Source: Eledone cirrhosa (Eukaryota). Taken from it: a stretch of 64,000 nt of DNA. The stretch is from contig OZ024740.1 in NCBI GenBank assembly GCA_964016885.1, positions 135,036,001-135,100,000 on the forward strand, in the 5' to 3' direction. The position numbers and the translations under genes are program-made. The notes beneath the pieces were generated by a model that saw nothing but the letters and a program-made list of their open reading frames with translations, ran no database searches and was not told the DNA's origin. Below are positions 1 to 12,143 of this stretch, one piece after another (the first letter of the stretch is position 1; each line of letters begins with the position of its first letter).

Positions 1-324
1 GACAGACTAAGAAAGAGAGGAATGTCGTATAACCGGAAGTGTTGACATTTGAAAATTTTAAAGTGAATATTTAAATAAACGATAAAATATCTTTAATCTT
101 TTAACGAAATTTAGAAGACAAAAATACCCTTTCTTACTTGGAAAAAGTTACATCTGTAGCGAAATCTGTCCGCGCCTTGAACCTTGGGTGACACCTAAAG
201 GTCAAATTCCGGGTCATCACCCTTTTGGTGTGAACAGGTTGATGCGTTGGCTATCCCCTCAAGGGGGGGGGGGGAGAGCGACAGGTATATAAAGCCTTTA
301 TCATTCCACGTTTATACAGAGACA

Positions 325-570
325 TCGGAGCACCCCACTACAGAACAAGCTATGTGAAAGATTCACCACTATCAACAGACCCCAGTGGTCTACAGAAAGA
401 CAGATACATTGGAGCTCTATGATACACAACAAACTATGTAAAGATTCACCGCTATCAACAGACCCTAGAGGTCTACAGAGAGATCAGAGCCCTACTACTA
501 CAGACCCGCTATGTGAAAGACACACCGCTATGAACAAGCCACAGTGGTCTACAATCAATTACAGACCATT
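325..570. repeat. Degenerate tandem units (gctatgtgaaagattcaccactatcaacagacccc..ggtctacaga), about 3 copies
   Basis: Visible repeats near 349, 433 and 508. Confidence 0.65.
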
Positions 571-2835
571 ACTCTCTCTCACTCACTATGGTCGCAGAAC
601 TACTAATACGGACTCCAACAACAACAACATTATCTGTTCGCTCGCTGTTTTCACACCAACAACAACAACAGTCAACTACTACATACTACAACAGCCTCAT
701 GAACCAACAACAAAAATAACAGTCTACCTTTTCAAATCTTGGTAACTGTTTTATTGTACTTTTTTAATCAATTCACGTGAAGTAAATCATATATAAACCA
801 AATCAATTATTCTTATTATACTTGGTATTACATCTAACAACTCTGTTATAATCAGTTCTAATAACCACATATCACCATCTAATTACTTTAAAAAACCCTT
901 CGTTAAACATCTATGGTGCACATTTGGTGTTTTTTGGTCTAGCCGTTTAGCGAAAAGTTTGTTACATACATACGGCCGTCAGCTTTATAATATAGATATG
1001 ATAATAAACATTGTTGCGTTAACTGACTACGCATTCAGTGTTGGGGGTCAATCAAATAAATAAAATATAATTGTCGACTGCAATCAACTACAAGACCCTT
1101 TAACCTTTAGAGAACAATTTCAGTGGACAGCTTTTATAAAAGTCAGGGTTCAAGTATTTTGGTAGATATGTCGTTATAAAGCAAAATATTAAAAAAACAA
1201 ACCCTCGTGCAGAAACGGACTGGGTTTTACAATCAGAGTGCTCATTCGTCATCTATCAGATCGACCTATTGTTCATTAATGTTTTTCAGGGACTTATCGG
1301 GCATTGCCCAAATGGCCGTGTGTGACCAGTTCATCTCTTTCATGCTCTGTGCAAAACATCAAATAGATCTCCACCGGGCAGAATTACGAATTGTTACCAC
1401 GGAGGAGACGCGCTGAAGTTGCCAGTCCATCTCGCAGCGCTCGTTCTTCTAGGAAAGTTAATTATCGTTAATTTCTTAATAAAGTTCCAGAGTTATCAAC
1501 GTATGTATGTAAATTAGACTATTGAAATGAATCTGGTAATTTCACTATAAAATCGTACCCGTTAACAACTAAAATTCAGTAATTTTTTTTTATACATAAA
1601 ATTAATTTTATAGTCATTAATTGCAGTTAATTCTGTTACAATAGTTCTTTCCAACGTCATAACAGTTAACATGGTGAGGTAAATAAATATATATATTATA
1701 TACCAGCTCCGAACACAATGGAACCTAACTCCTACTGTCCCTGCTTCCGTCTCACTATAGTGAGCAAATATGGGCCCACGCTGGCCGCCCCGCGGTCCCG
1801 GCGGACAGAATAGAGAAGACGTTTCGCCGGAGGATGGTGAGGGAAAGCTGCTGGAAGAGCCATTCCAGCTTGCAAGGCTCACCCTGACAGGGCGGTGTAT
1901 CTCAGCTATGCCGTGCGTACTTGATGACAAAAAGCAGTGCTACGGCAGCATGTTAGTAGCAATTATGTTTAGGGAGCCTGTTGAAGCTAAACAGAAATGT
2001 TGAAATAAACAGAATTAATGTCTGCATGCATATATATTTATTTTACAGCAAACAACCAATCAACATCAATTGTAATGTTGGTGTCGAAAAGTAAGGTAAC
2101 GCGTACTATTAAGCTACACCGTGTCAGTAGTTTTTCTAACTTGTAACCTATTTCATAACCTCAAACGAGGTTGGAAAGGACAATAAGTTCACATTGAAGA
2201 TTTTTCGAACACGTTTAATTTTAATTTAATTTTCTTTCATGCTGTCACTTGTTTTCATTATTATTATTATTATGAATGTGTGAAATAAAATAAAAATGAA
2301 TATATTCTGACTAAATGCATTTAGATTGTTTTGACATTTCAATTTTGAATCCTACCTTTTAAAATGTGCCTATCGTTCTTCCAGAATTAATCAACTAATA
2401 CTATAAACATTTAATTTTATTCATAGTTGTATAAATAACTGTTTCTACTTTTGGCACAAGGCCGCCAGCAATTACCCAGTTCATTACTGGTACTTTATTT
2501 TATCGACCCCGTAAGGATGAAAGGCAAAGTTAACCTCGGCGCGATTTGAACTCAGATCAGAACATTACAAATCGTTTGCAATTCTTTCAGAATGAAAATA
2601 TAAATAGAGCATATAAATAAATTTACAGTGGAATAACATAACAAATATGTTTTAAATATATACATAAATAGCATTACAAATGCTTAGATAACATTATAAA
2701 TAGCTCGCGATTCATTCAGAAAGATATATTCTTTTAATGTTACAATATTAAAGTAAATGTAAAGGAAGGGGTGAACAACCGAGCCAACACTAGAGCAAAA
2801 GACAGCAGCGTCGCGAATACTGGACAACCTCTCTA

Positions 2836-2998
2836 ATGATTTTTTAGGCAAGCCAGCATACTCCCAGCATTGCCTCGGGTGATGGCTAGGCTGATGCGCT
2901 GAAACAGCCAAGCAACCTCGCGAGATTCGCCAGTCACCTCTATTAGGCGAGCCGCCAGTGAAGAGAGGAACCTCGCAGTCAGCGGCCCGACTCCCCCG
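2836..2998 (-). mobile_element. C-terminal remnant of an RLE-type (CRE-like) non-LTR retrotransposon
   Basis: GGVGPLTARFL..LAARL..TGESRE..WLFQRISLAITRGNA. Confidence 0.7.
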
Positions 2999-3974
2999 TA
3001 AGGATGAAAGGCAAAGTTAATCTCGACGGGATTTGAACTCAGATCATAAAGGGACGTAACTCTATGCTTCAAAGCATGGCGTCCGATACTGCCAACCACC
3101 GCCCATAACTACATAAAATAATGCAATAAAATACAACTTGCTTATACATACTGTTGGCAATTCAACCGATTACAATTTCTATATAAATCGACAAGGATTT
3201 AAGTTAAAAAAATATAATGCAGGATGTTAGGAAAATATGGTATGGGACAAAAAAAATTTAAGTGTACATTTTAACTTTAAAAACAAATCGTCATTGGTCA
3301 ATGTTAAACTTCCAGGAAGAATGATTTCCTTGATGAAATGCATCAAATTATGAAGTGGATGCGGAAACCTCAGCTCTTGATATTAACCAATGAACTATTT
3401 ACCGGTTCTTCAATAATTTTGACAATTGATATATTCCTAAAAATTCCATGTTAAATAAATTCTCAGAAGACAAATAAATATCTGTTAAAAACATCTGAAA
3501 TAGGATGAACAAAATGAAAACTAACCTCTTTTTTTACAAAATGCTTCTTTTTGTGTGTGTGTTTACACCACCAGACACTTTCGTCTGCTTCTTATCCTGG
3601 CCTTCAAAGTTCTGTAATTGAGTTAATATACACCAAATAGTACGAAAGTAAGACGGTTTTTATTTGCGGTTATAAATAAAATGCATATTTATTTACAGAA
3701 TGAACATATACACACAAATAATATATACAATACTTAATTTCATAAATATTTCACATTAAAGTATAGAATCAAAACGAAAGAAAATATTAATTCAACAGTA
3801 AGCGTTTTATTCGGTCACACACCACCAGAATGTAAAAATGTATTTTAAATCTTATATTTAACATTTATAAACTAATCAGAAATCCACCAAAATTTCTGTT
3901 ATAAAAATTTACAAAATAAATAAATAAACACTTAAGATTACGAAAACAAAACAATGGACTAAAATCCTGAATTC

Positions 3975-4766
3975 TATTGCTGATGTCATTTCCGGTAAAC
4001 GTGACATCAGAGCGAAACGGTGATCAGCTGACAACTTAAGACCACCAAGCCTAGCAGTCCTTCTTGTTTATATATCACATCCATACACTGTCATTTAGTT
4101 ATATCAGCAGGTGCTTGCTTGTGTGTTCACCCCCCGTCCCCAGTGCAGACGACAAGTCAACCAGTGGTAATATCAAACCACAAGTCTGTTTCTAGATTTA
4201 CCCGCACAAAGATATTTGTTTACGTTTTAACACCGTAATAATACCAAATGAAAAACAAAAAAAATTGCAAACCGGTGACCTTATCCAGTTTTTCATGATA
4301 ATCATTAATATTCTTTTGTTCTTTCTAACTTGTCAATTTACGTTCATAATGTTTTCTGTCACATAAATTGTTATGCATTTACCTGCATGTACACGTATAC
4401 ATATATAAATATACACATTAAAAAATATATATTCATATATAAATATACATATATAAATAGACTCATAGTTATATCGAGACCACATTCGTCATTGTTATTG
4501 ATGTTACTGATAGTGTTGCTGATGCATTACTACGGTTACCTTTAAAGCATGCATTTGGAACTACACAAGTTAGTATTTATTAACTTAAATCATATAAAGT
4601 CATCGCCGAAGAAGAAGCTTGATTTTCGTCCTCTCTAATAACGCTGCCTCGTGACAACATTGATCGAATGCTAAGTTGATTCAGACTGGATTGAATAACA
4701 TGATATAATATTATGAATAATACAACAATAATGCCGAGGATATTACTTTGAAATAATTATTGCGAG
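3975..4766 (+). promoter_or_regulatory. Candidate promoter and non-coding first exon of STK11IP
   Basis: CTGATGTCA/TGACATCAG inverted repeat (3980-4010) around an ETS-type TTCCGG, E-box CAGCTG nearby, CpG-retaining DNA, strong donor GAG|GTAAGA at 4766/4767. The ATG exon at 26933 has an acceptor, so an upstream exon is expected. Confidence 0.35.
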
Positions 4767-6291
4767 GTAAGAATTAAACAAAAGCAATACGAAAAAGTGA
4801 ATGATGACAAAAAAAATTACCTTCTCGCTTAACTTCGTTCGTTGTTGTTTTCTTGTATTTTAATTTTATCCATATCTAGGGTGCATTATAGTAATATAAA
4901 TTGACCCCAGTACTTGACTAGTATTTTATTTTCTCGACCTCCCACCCCCACGGGAATGAACGTCAAATTTGCGCCTCATCAGGATTGAACTCTGAATATA
5001 ACGAGTCGTAACTAAGCACTGCAATTCTGTCTATCCACCGCCTTATATATTATTCGAAGTTTATTTTTCTAGGGCTGTAAAATAAAGACCAGTCAAGTAT
5101 TAAGGTCAATATCGACTGCACCCTTTCCCATAAAAATATGTGACCTAGTGCCTATGATAGAAATAATATTTATGTATTTTTATTATAGGCAGGACCGTAC
5201 GTTTGTAATAGTTCTTTCATGCCAGCTTGTCCCTCTAACCCAATATTTCGCTAATTGACGCATCTCTCTGTCTCGATCGTCGGATTATACCATTGAATGT
5301 GATGCAACTATATAGGTTTCCTCAGGTAATCTCTGATATTTGTTTATGTATGATAATTTATTTTTAGTTATGCCATAACGACTTACTTCAACAGTACCGA
5401 CGAAAATTAAAGGATTATTAGTGAGGATAATTTTAGTTGATGTTATTATGTAACTTAGTCGTGTTAGTATTCACCCACCCTCTCTTTACATTGTTTGTTT
5501 ATTCAGAGTGCTGACTCTGAAGGTTTGTTAAGTTGTCTTTATTACATGTTCGAAGAAAACTATTCTGGTATCTGAGCATACACATAGCTGCATGTTAATC
5601 ACGTATTTACATAGGTATATACTATACATATCTGTAGGTCTAATAGGAAGTGTGTATTTTGAGAGATTAATGTATACATGTTTACGTATCGTGTGTGTTT
5701 AATATATGCTTATATATCCAATAAGAAATTTATTGAGCATCATTTAATTATTCTTAAACTTTTGCTGTCAATAGCGCTCTCATCCACTTTGGTCCTATAT
5801 ATCACCCCAATACACTCGACTTTGCAGTATTACTTAAAAGGTTGACTCATGTATTACCACAACATGGATATTTCAAACGTTAAACAACTCTACGTTATAA
5901 ATGTTTTCCCTCATAACTACAGTAATTTTCCCCTTCATGGAAGAAGGATTGGTTGATGGTAGCTGACTTAATTGAAGTCGTTGTAGTCCTCACTACATCC
6001 TCTTTTTGTTTTTATCAAGCAGTGTATGGAGAACTATATTATGCAATATGTCATCCCATTCGTTTTTTAAAAGACGGGAGTATGATTTGAGGAAGATGTG
6101 GCTGCTATTTCTAACAGATTGAACAACCACGCAGAGGCTCATGTGTTGGTTCGTATATAGGAATGCTCCATTTCCAATATTGATAGATGATGTATTATTG
6201 CCAGTATTATGACTCAAGCAAGTTCGAAAACTCCTATACGCTATTCGATGTGAATGAAAAGCAAAGCTGATCGTTGTGGTGTGTGTTAATA

Positions 6292-6420
6292 ATTGTTTCT
6301 ACTTTAGGCACAAGGCCAGCAATTACCCAGTGCATTACTGGTACTTTATTTTATCGACCCTGTAAGGATGAAAGGCAAAGTCAACCTCGGCGGGATTTGA
6401 ACTCAGATCATAAAGGGACG
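6292..6420 (-). mobile_element. Second SINE family (Deu/Nin-domain-like); other copies ~2438-2560(-), 2990-3105(-), 4905-5045(-), 8330-8440(+), 36692-36790(+), 45830-45990(+)
   Basis: B box GAGTTCAAATCC followed by GGTTGACTTTGCCTTTCATCCTT..GGGGTCGATAAAATAAAGTACCAG. Superfamily label is from memory. Confidence 0.75.
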
Positions 6421-9400
6421 TGGTGTGTGTTAATAATGTTTTGTTTCTAGCTTTGGCACAAAACATTTTATATGAAAGGTAAAGTTGATATATTCGAGCC
6501 TAGTATTTGATTGATATTAATTTTATCAGCATCAGAAGGGTGAAACATTAAGTCGACCGTAATGGGATTTGAAAATAGATGATGAATAAATACATCGTAC
6601 GGCGCTCTAAAGTTTCCGATTTGCGTCTATTTAGAGTACATTTTCCAATTTCACTGAGAGAAATAACAAACATCATCTCTCTCTTTGTCCCCCCCCCCTC
6701 CTCTCTCTCGGTTGTAATAGTTTAATCCTAATTCGGTCTTAATCGAACAGACCTATGATCAAAATATTTTGGGGAGGAATGGCTGCTATGTTTACCAAGT
6801 TTAACGACCCTATAGAGGCCACCCCTTAAGTACTTCATCTCTTAAATCACCTCGTGGTTTTGGTATCTAATAGTATCATCTATATATTTTCGTCATGAGA
6901 AGTTTTGTTGTTTGATGCCTTGGTGTTGGCAAGCAATAAAGGTGTCAAGGAAAAATATTGTGATAGTTCTTGTTTAACTCGTACTGAGTAAACTTATCAA
7001 AAATGTTCCAGTCAGTTCATAAAAAAGATCACAGGGTAACCTTTCACTGGAGACAACTTTCACTCTCTGCCGTACACCTAAACAAACTTAAGCGAGAAGT
7101 TTCTTCGTTTGTTCATTCCTTTCATATTGGCAATGCAAAGTAAAAGGTTGAAACCAGGAATTACCATTTGACCGCTGCTTTTGAGCAACTGTTAGAATAG
7201 CTTTAAAAAGTTACAAGAGGATTTTAAGAGGTGGTGTTTATCGCCATTTTCAGGACGAGAGATAATTTTCTCTCGGGATTGGGCATCGATCTAGCTCAGA
7301 TAACATTTCCAACATATTGATGTGCTGAGGCATGTTTGTTAAATGAACTGGAGCCTTTGAGTTACATGTCCAATGAGATATATTCAGTGATGCAAATGTG
7401 CAGGGTGGGGTTGAATACGGAGGGCAACGGCGTTCCCCTATTATCTAGATGTTCAATTTCTATTCTAGCAAGGAGCCAGAGACTTTTATTTGCTAGCCTT
7501 TGTGAAATTTCTAGCTATTAAACTATTAACTTGGCTTTCATAAACAACACCTAATTAAGTTTTACATGTTATCTTACTTTCATTGATTTACTGATACAAT
7601 GTAATTGAATTCATCACAGCCAGTGCATAGAGACTCGACATGCCCCTGAGATTTACCGTATAACAAAATATTTCGCATGATGGTGGTTGGGGCTTATAGC
7701 AACAGTGCTCATTATGAATTGTTAAGTTGCTTAGTCGAATGAAGACAACCATGTTTATTCATCCATCGCAGTTGTAGAAGATAGCCGAGCCTGTTGTTCG
7801 TACTACTGGATCCAGGTTCCCTAAACAGTATGTGCGACTGTCCGAACACAAAATAGTTCTTCCATTGTAAACTCACCCAGTCCTGGTCTACCTAATTGTA
7901 TGTTTTTGTTTTTGCTCAATCATGACCACACTGTCTTCCTAGGGTTGTGTCTACATCTATATTATCCAATAAATCTATTCCTTTTTAAGACGGTAGGCTG
8001 TGTGCGTTGAGGGGGATTTGGCTGTAAAAGCTCCTGTGGTAACAGATAATCAGTTGTTGTTTAACTCTAGGATAACCTTGACCGAGCAGATCTATGATCA
8101 GTCATTCCATCCGTGATATTTTTTCTATGTGCTGGGCGCACAGAACCACATTCTCTAACATATCCCTTTTCCGTGATTTAAGGGAGATTTAGCTGTTATT
8201 TTTAACAAATCAAGCGAGTACGTAGCAGTTGGTTCGAGTTAATCGGTTGATATTTCAAGGCGTTACAGATAGCGGTGCTTCCCATGTCCGATAAGATTAA
8301 TGGATTATTGTTATACTATATTATCTCTTCCAATCCCGCCGAGGTTAACTTAGCCTTTCATCCTTACGGGGTCGATAAAATAAGGTACCAGTAATGTACT
8401 GGGATAATTGCTGGCCTTGTGCCAATAGTAGAAACAATTATCTCTTCCAGGTCAACTTATCTTGTCATCGTTTCCCTGCTCGATACAATAAATAACAGGC
8501 AGCTATTTGAACACGATTTTTTTCTATCCTCACGGTTTTAATGCTGTCTTCTCTCACTCCACAATTTGTGCATTGTACGTATTATAGCAATCCTAAATCA
8601 TTAACATAGTTGATCTTATTGTTATTACTACTATCCCAGCCCCAGTAATCAATACTACATAAAAACCCCCAGCGTTTTTGCAATAATGTTCCCTCTAACG
8701 TCGGCAAACGAAGAAATAAATTATTATTATGACCAATAAAAGAAATCCTTATTTTGATTATGTTTAAAATTTGCTTATGTTGATTAGAGATTCCAATCAA
8801 TATTGGCGAAACATTGGTTGTAATACAATGTGTGTATGTGCACGCGTTCACCCCTTGTCGCTGTTTGTTTTAGTTATCATGTGATGGAATTCTTGCCGTA
8901 TTCTTAATTCAATATCAGAATAGGTTGAACGTTGGACAAATTGCAATGTAGTTACGTCCTTTTACGTCCCGCGTTCAAACCTTATCGAGGTCTACTTTAC
9001 CTTTTTCCTGTGTCACCTATTTTATACAATAAACGTATCACAGGTTTGTAGACATTAAGAATTTGTTATTTTAGATTAATTCAGAGAGGAAGGTGATATG
9101 AACAGTCCTCCTCGCAACATTATCTTTTGCTCTGGTAGCGGTTCGTTTGTCCACCCTTTTCGCCTGTCATTTGAAATCGGGTTCGAAATCGATTTCAGAT
9201 TACCGTGTCGCTAAAATAAAATACCAGCCAAATCAGTAATGAAAATGGATTTTAGAAAATAACCAGCTACCATGACACTAAGATTGGCTCCAGCCCTTTC
9301 CACCATTGAGTCAAATGCTGCAACACAACAACGTTGTTTTTACTTGGTCAGTCAACCAGCTTAAAATACCACTTGCGACGTGAGCCCCTGGCACATATGA

Positions 9401-10318
9401 GAGGTCCTCAGTGACGCCAATTAAGTACTGATTTGCTATGTGATGACTCACCCAGCCCATGCCATTCTGGAAGAGCAGATGTTAAATGATGATGTTGATG
9501 GTATATATATATATATATATACAAAATCATAATGTCGTGGGTTCAATTCCTGGACTGGGTTGTGTTGTGTTCTTGAGCAAAACACTTCATTTCACATTGC
9601 TCCAGTATACTCAGCATGAGCACCAGCAATAGCTTGGGGTTTAACCATACGTTGGACTGGCCTCCTGTCCAGAGATGTGTCTTGTACTCTCAGTCACTTC
9701 ATGTCACGGAAACTGGGATAAGCATGGCTTGGGACAGTTTTTGGACTCGACCAGTGAGTGAAATTGATGAAGCAGAAACTGTTTTGAAGCCTGTTGGATG
9801 AGGTATACTTTTAATTCAACAGGCCAGCATTGTCATATACTGTACCACGCTGAACCTCCCCAAGAATTACATTCTGGGTACATGTGTTTACAGAATAGTC
9901 AGCCACATGTTGATTTCATTAAGAACTGGGACACTCATTATCAAAACTGATAGAAGTCCATACCACCCCTTAGTATAGAAACATGAAGAGAAGATACTTA
10001 ATATACAAATCTAGTTAAATATAATAACAGCAGTAAGACGACTGAGACCTTAATAGTTGTTTACTGCAAGTTTCACATGACTGCTAATCCAAAACAACGT
10101 TTGGAGTAAACAATTGTGAAGGCCTCAGTCATACTATTTTACACACACACAAATGTTCATGCACATAGTCATCTATTAATATATGTGAATACATACACAC
10201 ACACACACACAAGTGTGTGCGTGTGTACATGTGTGTGCATATATATATATATATATATAAATTATTAAAAAAATAATGAATAAACAAAGAAACAGTTCCT
10301 TATGTTAAAAAAAATCTC

Positions 10319-10456
10319 ATTATTTTACGATCGTTTCTAGGATATATATGTGTTAGAGTTGGTATGCATATTCTATAGATCTATGTACAATATTTATACA
10401 AACTATCAGAGGGAATATACATACCTACACATATATATGCTGTCTTCAGAAATAAT
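10319..10456 (-). ncRNA. Type-I hammerhead motif, long-stem-II family A
   Basis: Minus strand: AUUAUUU-CUGAAGA-[105 nt rod]-GAAAC-GAUC-GUA-AAAUAAU. Confidence 0.78.
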
Positions 10457-10475
10457 ATATATATAGACAGGGATA

Positions 10476-10815
10476 GAGGCACATGGCTTAGTGGTTAGAG
10501 CATTGGGCTTGCAATCGAAAGGTTGTGAGTTCAATTCTCAGACCGGGTGATGTGTTGTTTCCTTGAGCAAGACACTTTATTTCACATTGCTCCAGTTTAC
10601 TCAACTGTAGAAATGAGGTGATAGGACTGAGTTCCCTATCATTCCACTGCAAAGTGGTCGTGGAGGTGCCACGGCAAAAAAGCACCCAGCACTCACTGTA
10701 AATGAGGTTGGTGTTAGGAAGGGCATCCAGCTGTAGAAATCAAGCCAGAAGCAGTTCCCGTCCCACCCTTGCAAGCAGGGAAAAGCAGACGTAAAATGAA
10801 ATGATGAACGATGAG
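10476..10815 (+). mobile_element. tRNA-derived CORE-like SINE with RTE-derived tail
   Basis: A box TGGCTTAGTGG, B box GAGTTCAATTC, core CCTTGAGCAAGACACTT..CAGTTTACTCA.CTGTAGAAATG, tail GGTGTTAGGAAGGGCATCCAGC shared with RTE. Confidence 0.88.
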
Positions 10816-10869
10816 ACAGCTCTCTCTCTATATATATAGTAATAGTTATATTTATATATAGTATTATAA

Positions 10870-11288
10870 ATAAGATAAGGGTAATATTGGATATTATCCA
10901 ATTACCAGTAAGATAATTAGCTCAATGTAAATAGCATATACTACAGAGCAGAAATATAACAATCAAATTTTGTTTAAGGCATTTAATTGCTTACAATCGT
11001 TTCTTCCAGACTTAGGCCTAGAATCATCGGCGCATATAAAATGTTAACACAAATTATATTTTATTTTATTACTATCTTTTCATTATAATCATTTCAGTAT
11101 AATATTCTTTTGCTCTTACTCTTTAATATATTGCAACTGACACTAACAATTTTAATTAGTCTTCTCACATATAATGTATCCTGTTGAATGTTCTAATGAT
11201 TAGGAATTTATTTGTTTTAACATTTTATACGCTCTGATGATTTCAGACTTGAGTCTGGAAGAAACGATCGGAAGCAATTAAATGCCTG
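10870..11288. mobile_element. Inverted pair of PLE-like pLTR fragments, each with a hammerhead motif
   Basis: 10977-11048 is the diverged reverse complement of 11217-11288. Confidence 0.65.
11231..11275 (+). ncRNA. Minimal hammerhead, mutated (GGA at the site); inverted twin at 10989-11033 has GUA but core CCGAUGA
   Basis: GCU-CUGAUGA-UUUCAGAC(uuga)GUCUGGAA-GAAAC-GAUC-GGA-AGC. Confidence 0.65.
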
Positions 11289-11334
11289 CAAGCAGGGAAA
11301 AGCGGACGTAAGATGATGATGATGATATATATAT

Positions 11335-12106
11335 CATCATTATCATCATCATCCTTTAATGTCCATCTTCCACGCTAGCATGGGTTAGACGTTTTTTTTT
11401 CCATTTGATGCGAGACTGGTCGGGAGACCATGTCTCGTTCATACGGAAATGTCTCTGGCAGGTTTTTTTTACAGCTGGATGCTCTTCCTAACACCAACCA
11501 CATTTACAGTGTGGACTAGGAGCTTTTTCACCGTGTCTTTTACATGGCCACCTTACAGTGTGGACTGTTGTGTCATCGACACAGTGGACGGAACGGGAGA
11601 GGGAGGGCGGAGTAGGGTGTGGCGGTGGGGTGTGCATTGAGTTAAGAGGTGCCTACTAACTGTAGGTTTGTATGCAATGCAGTCGGGTCTTCTGTTCAAC
11701 TGCATGGTGCCAAAGGTCTCGAACCAGTGTCATTGTTTTAGAGAGGTGCAAGGTTAGATTTTATCAGCTCGTCCCAGGTTTTTTTTTCGTCTACCCACTC
11801 TGCAGCTTCCATCAATTTTCAATACTCTGCACTTTTTTATACAGCTGTCGTCCTTCATACACATCACATATCCATACCAACGCAATCTCCTCTCCAGAAC
11901 ACAACATTTGATACCTCTTATGCTTAGTCTCCCTCTTAGTTCGTTTATGCTTTGCTTTTCGTGCACATTACTATTACACATCCATCGGAGCATGCAAGCT
12001 TCCCTTCTTTCTAATCTACACAGGTCTTCAGCACACAATGCCCAAGTCTCACTACCATGTAACATTGCCGTTTGTATACATGCATCATACAATCTGCCTT
12101 TCATTT
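11335..12106 (-). mobile_element. RTE 3' fragment
   Basis: MKGRLYDACIQTAMLHGSETW...RLRWYG peptide, 3'UTR and (CAT)n tail. Confidence 0.92.
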
Positions 12107-12139
<33 letters not shown>

Positions 12140-12143
12140 CATT

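Noticed and set aside
1-1000. Helentron-like end (..CAGCTTTATAATATAGAT at ~980-997) or solo LTR at 230-890
   Set aside because: Suggestive only; no termini, target duplication or second copy could be confirmed within the window.
1562-2003. Short ORFs over the GC-rich block
   Set aside because: No recognisable protein similarity and no in-frame splice partners.
10476-10550. tRNA gene
   Set aside because: The A/B boxes are the SINE head and run straight into SINE core; no complete cloverleaf.
12072-12143. 992-aa ORF as a complete RTE protein
   Set aside because: The first ~24 residues come from a neighbouring fragment and (TA)n; the true APE N-terminus is missing.
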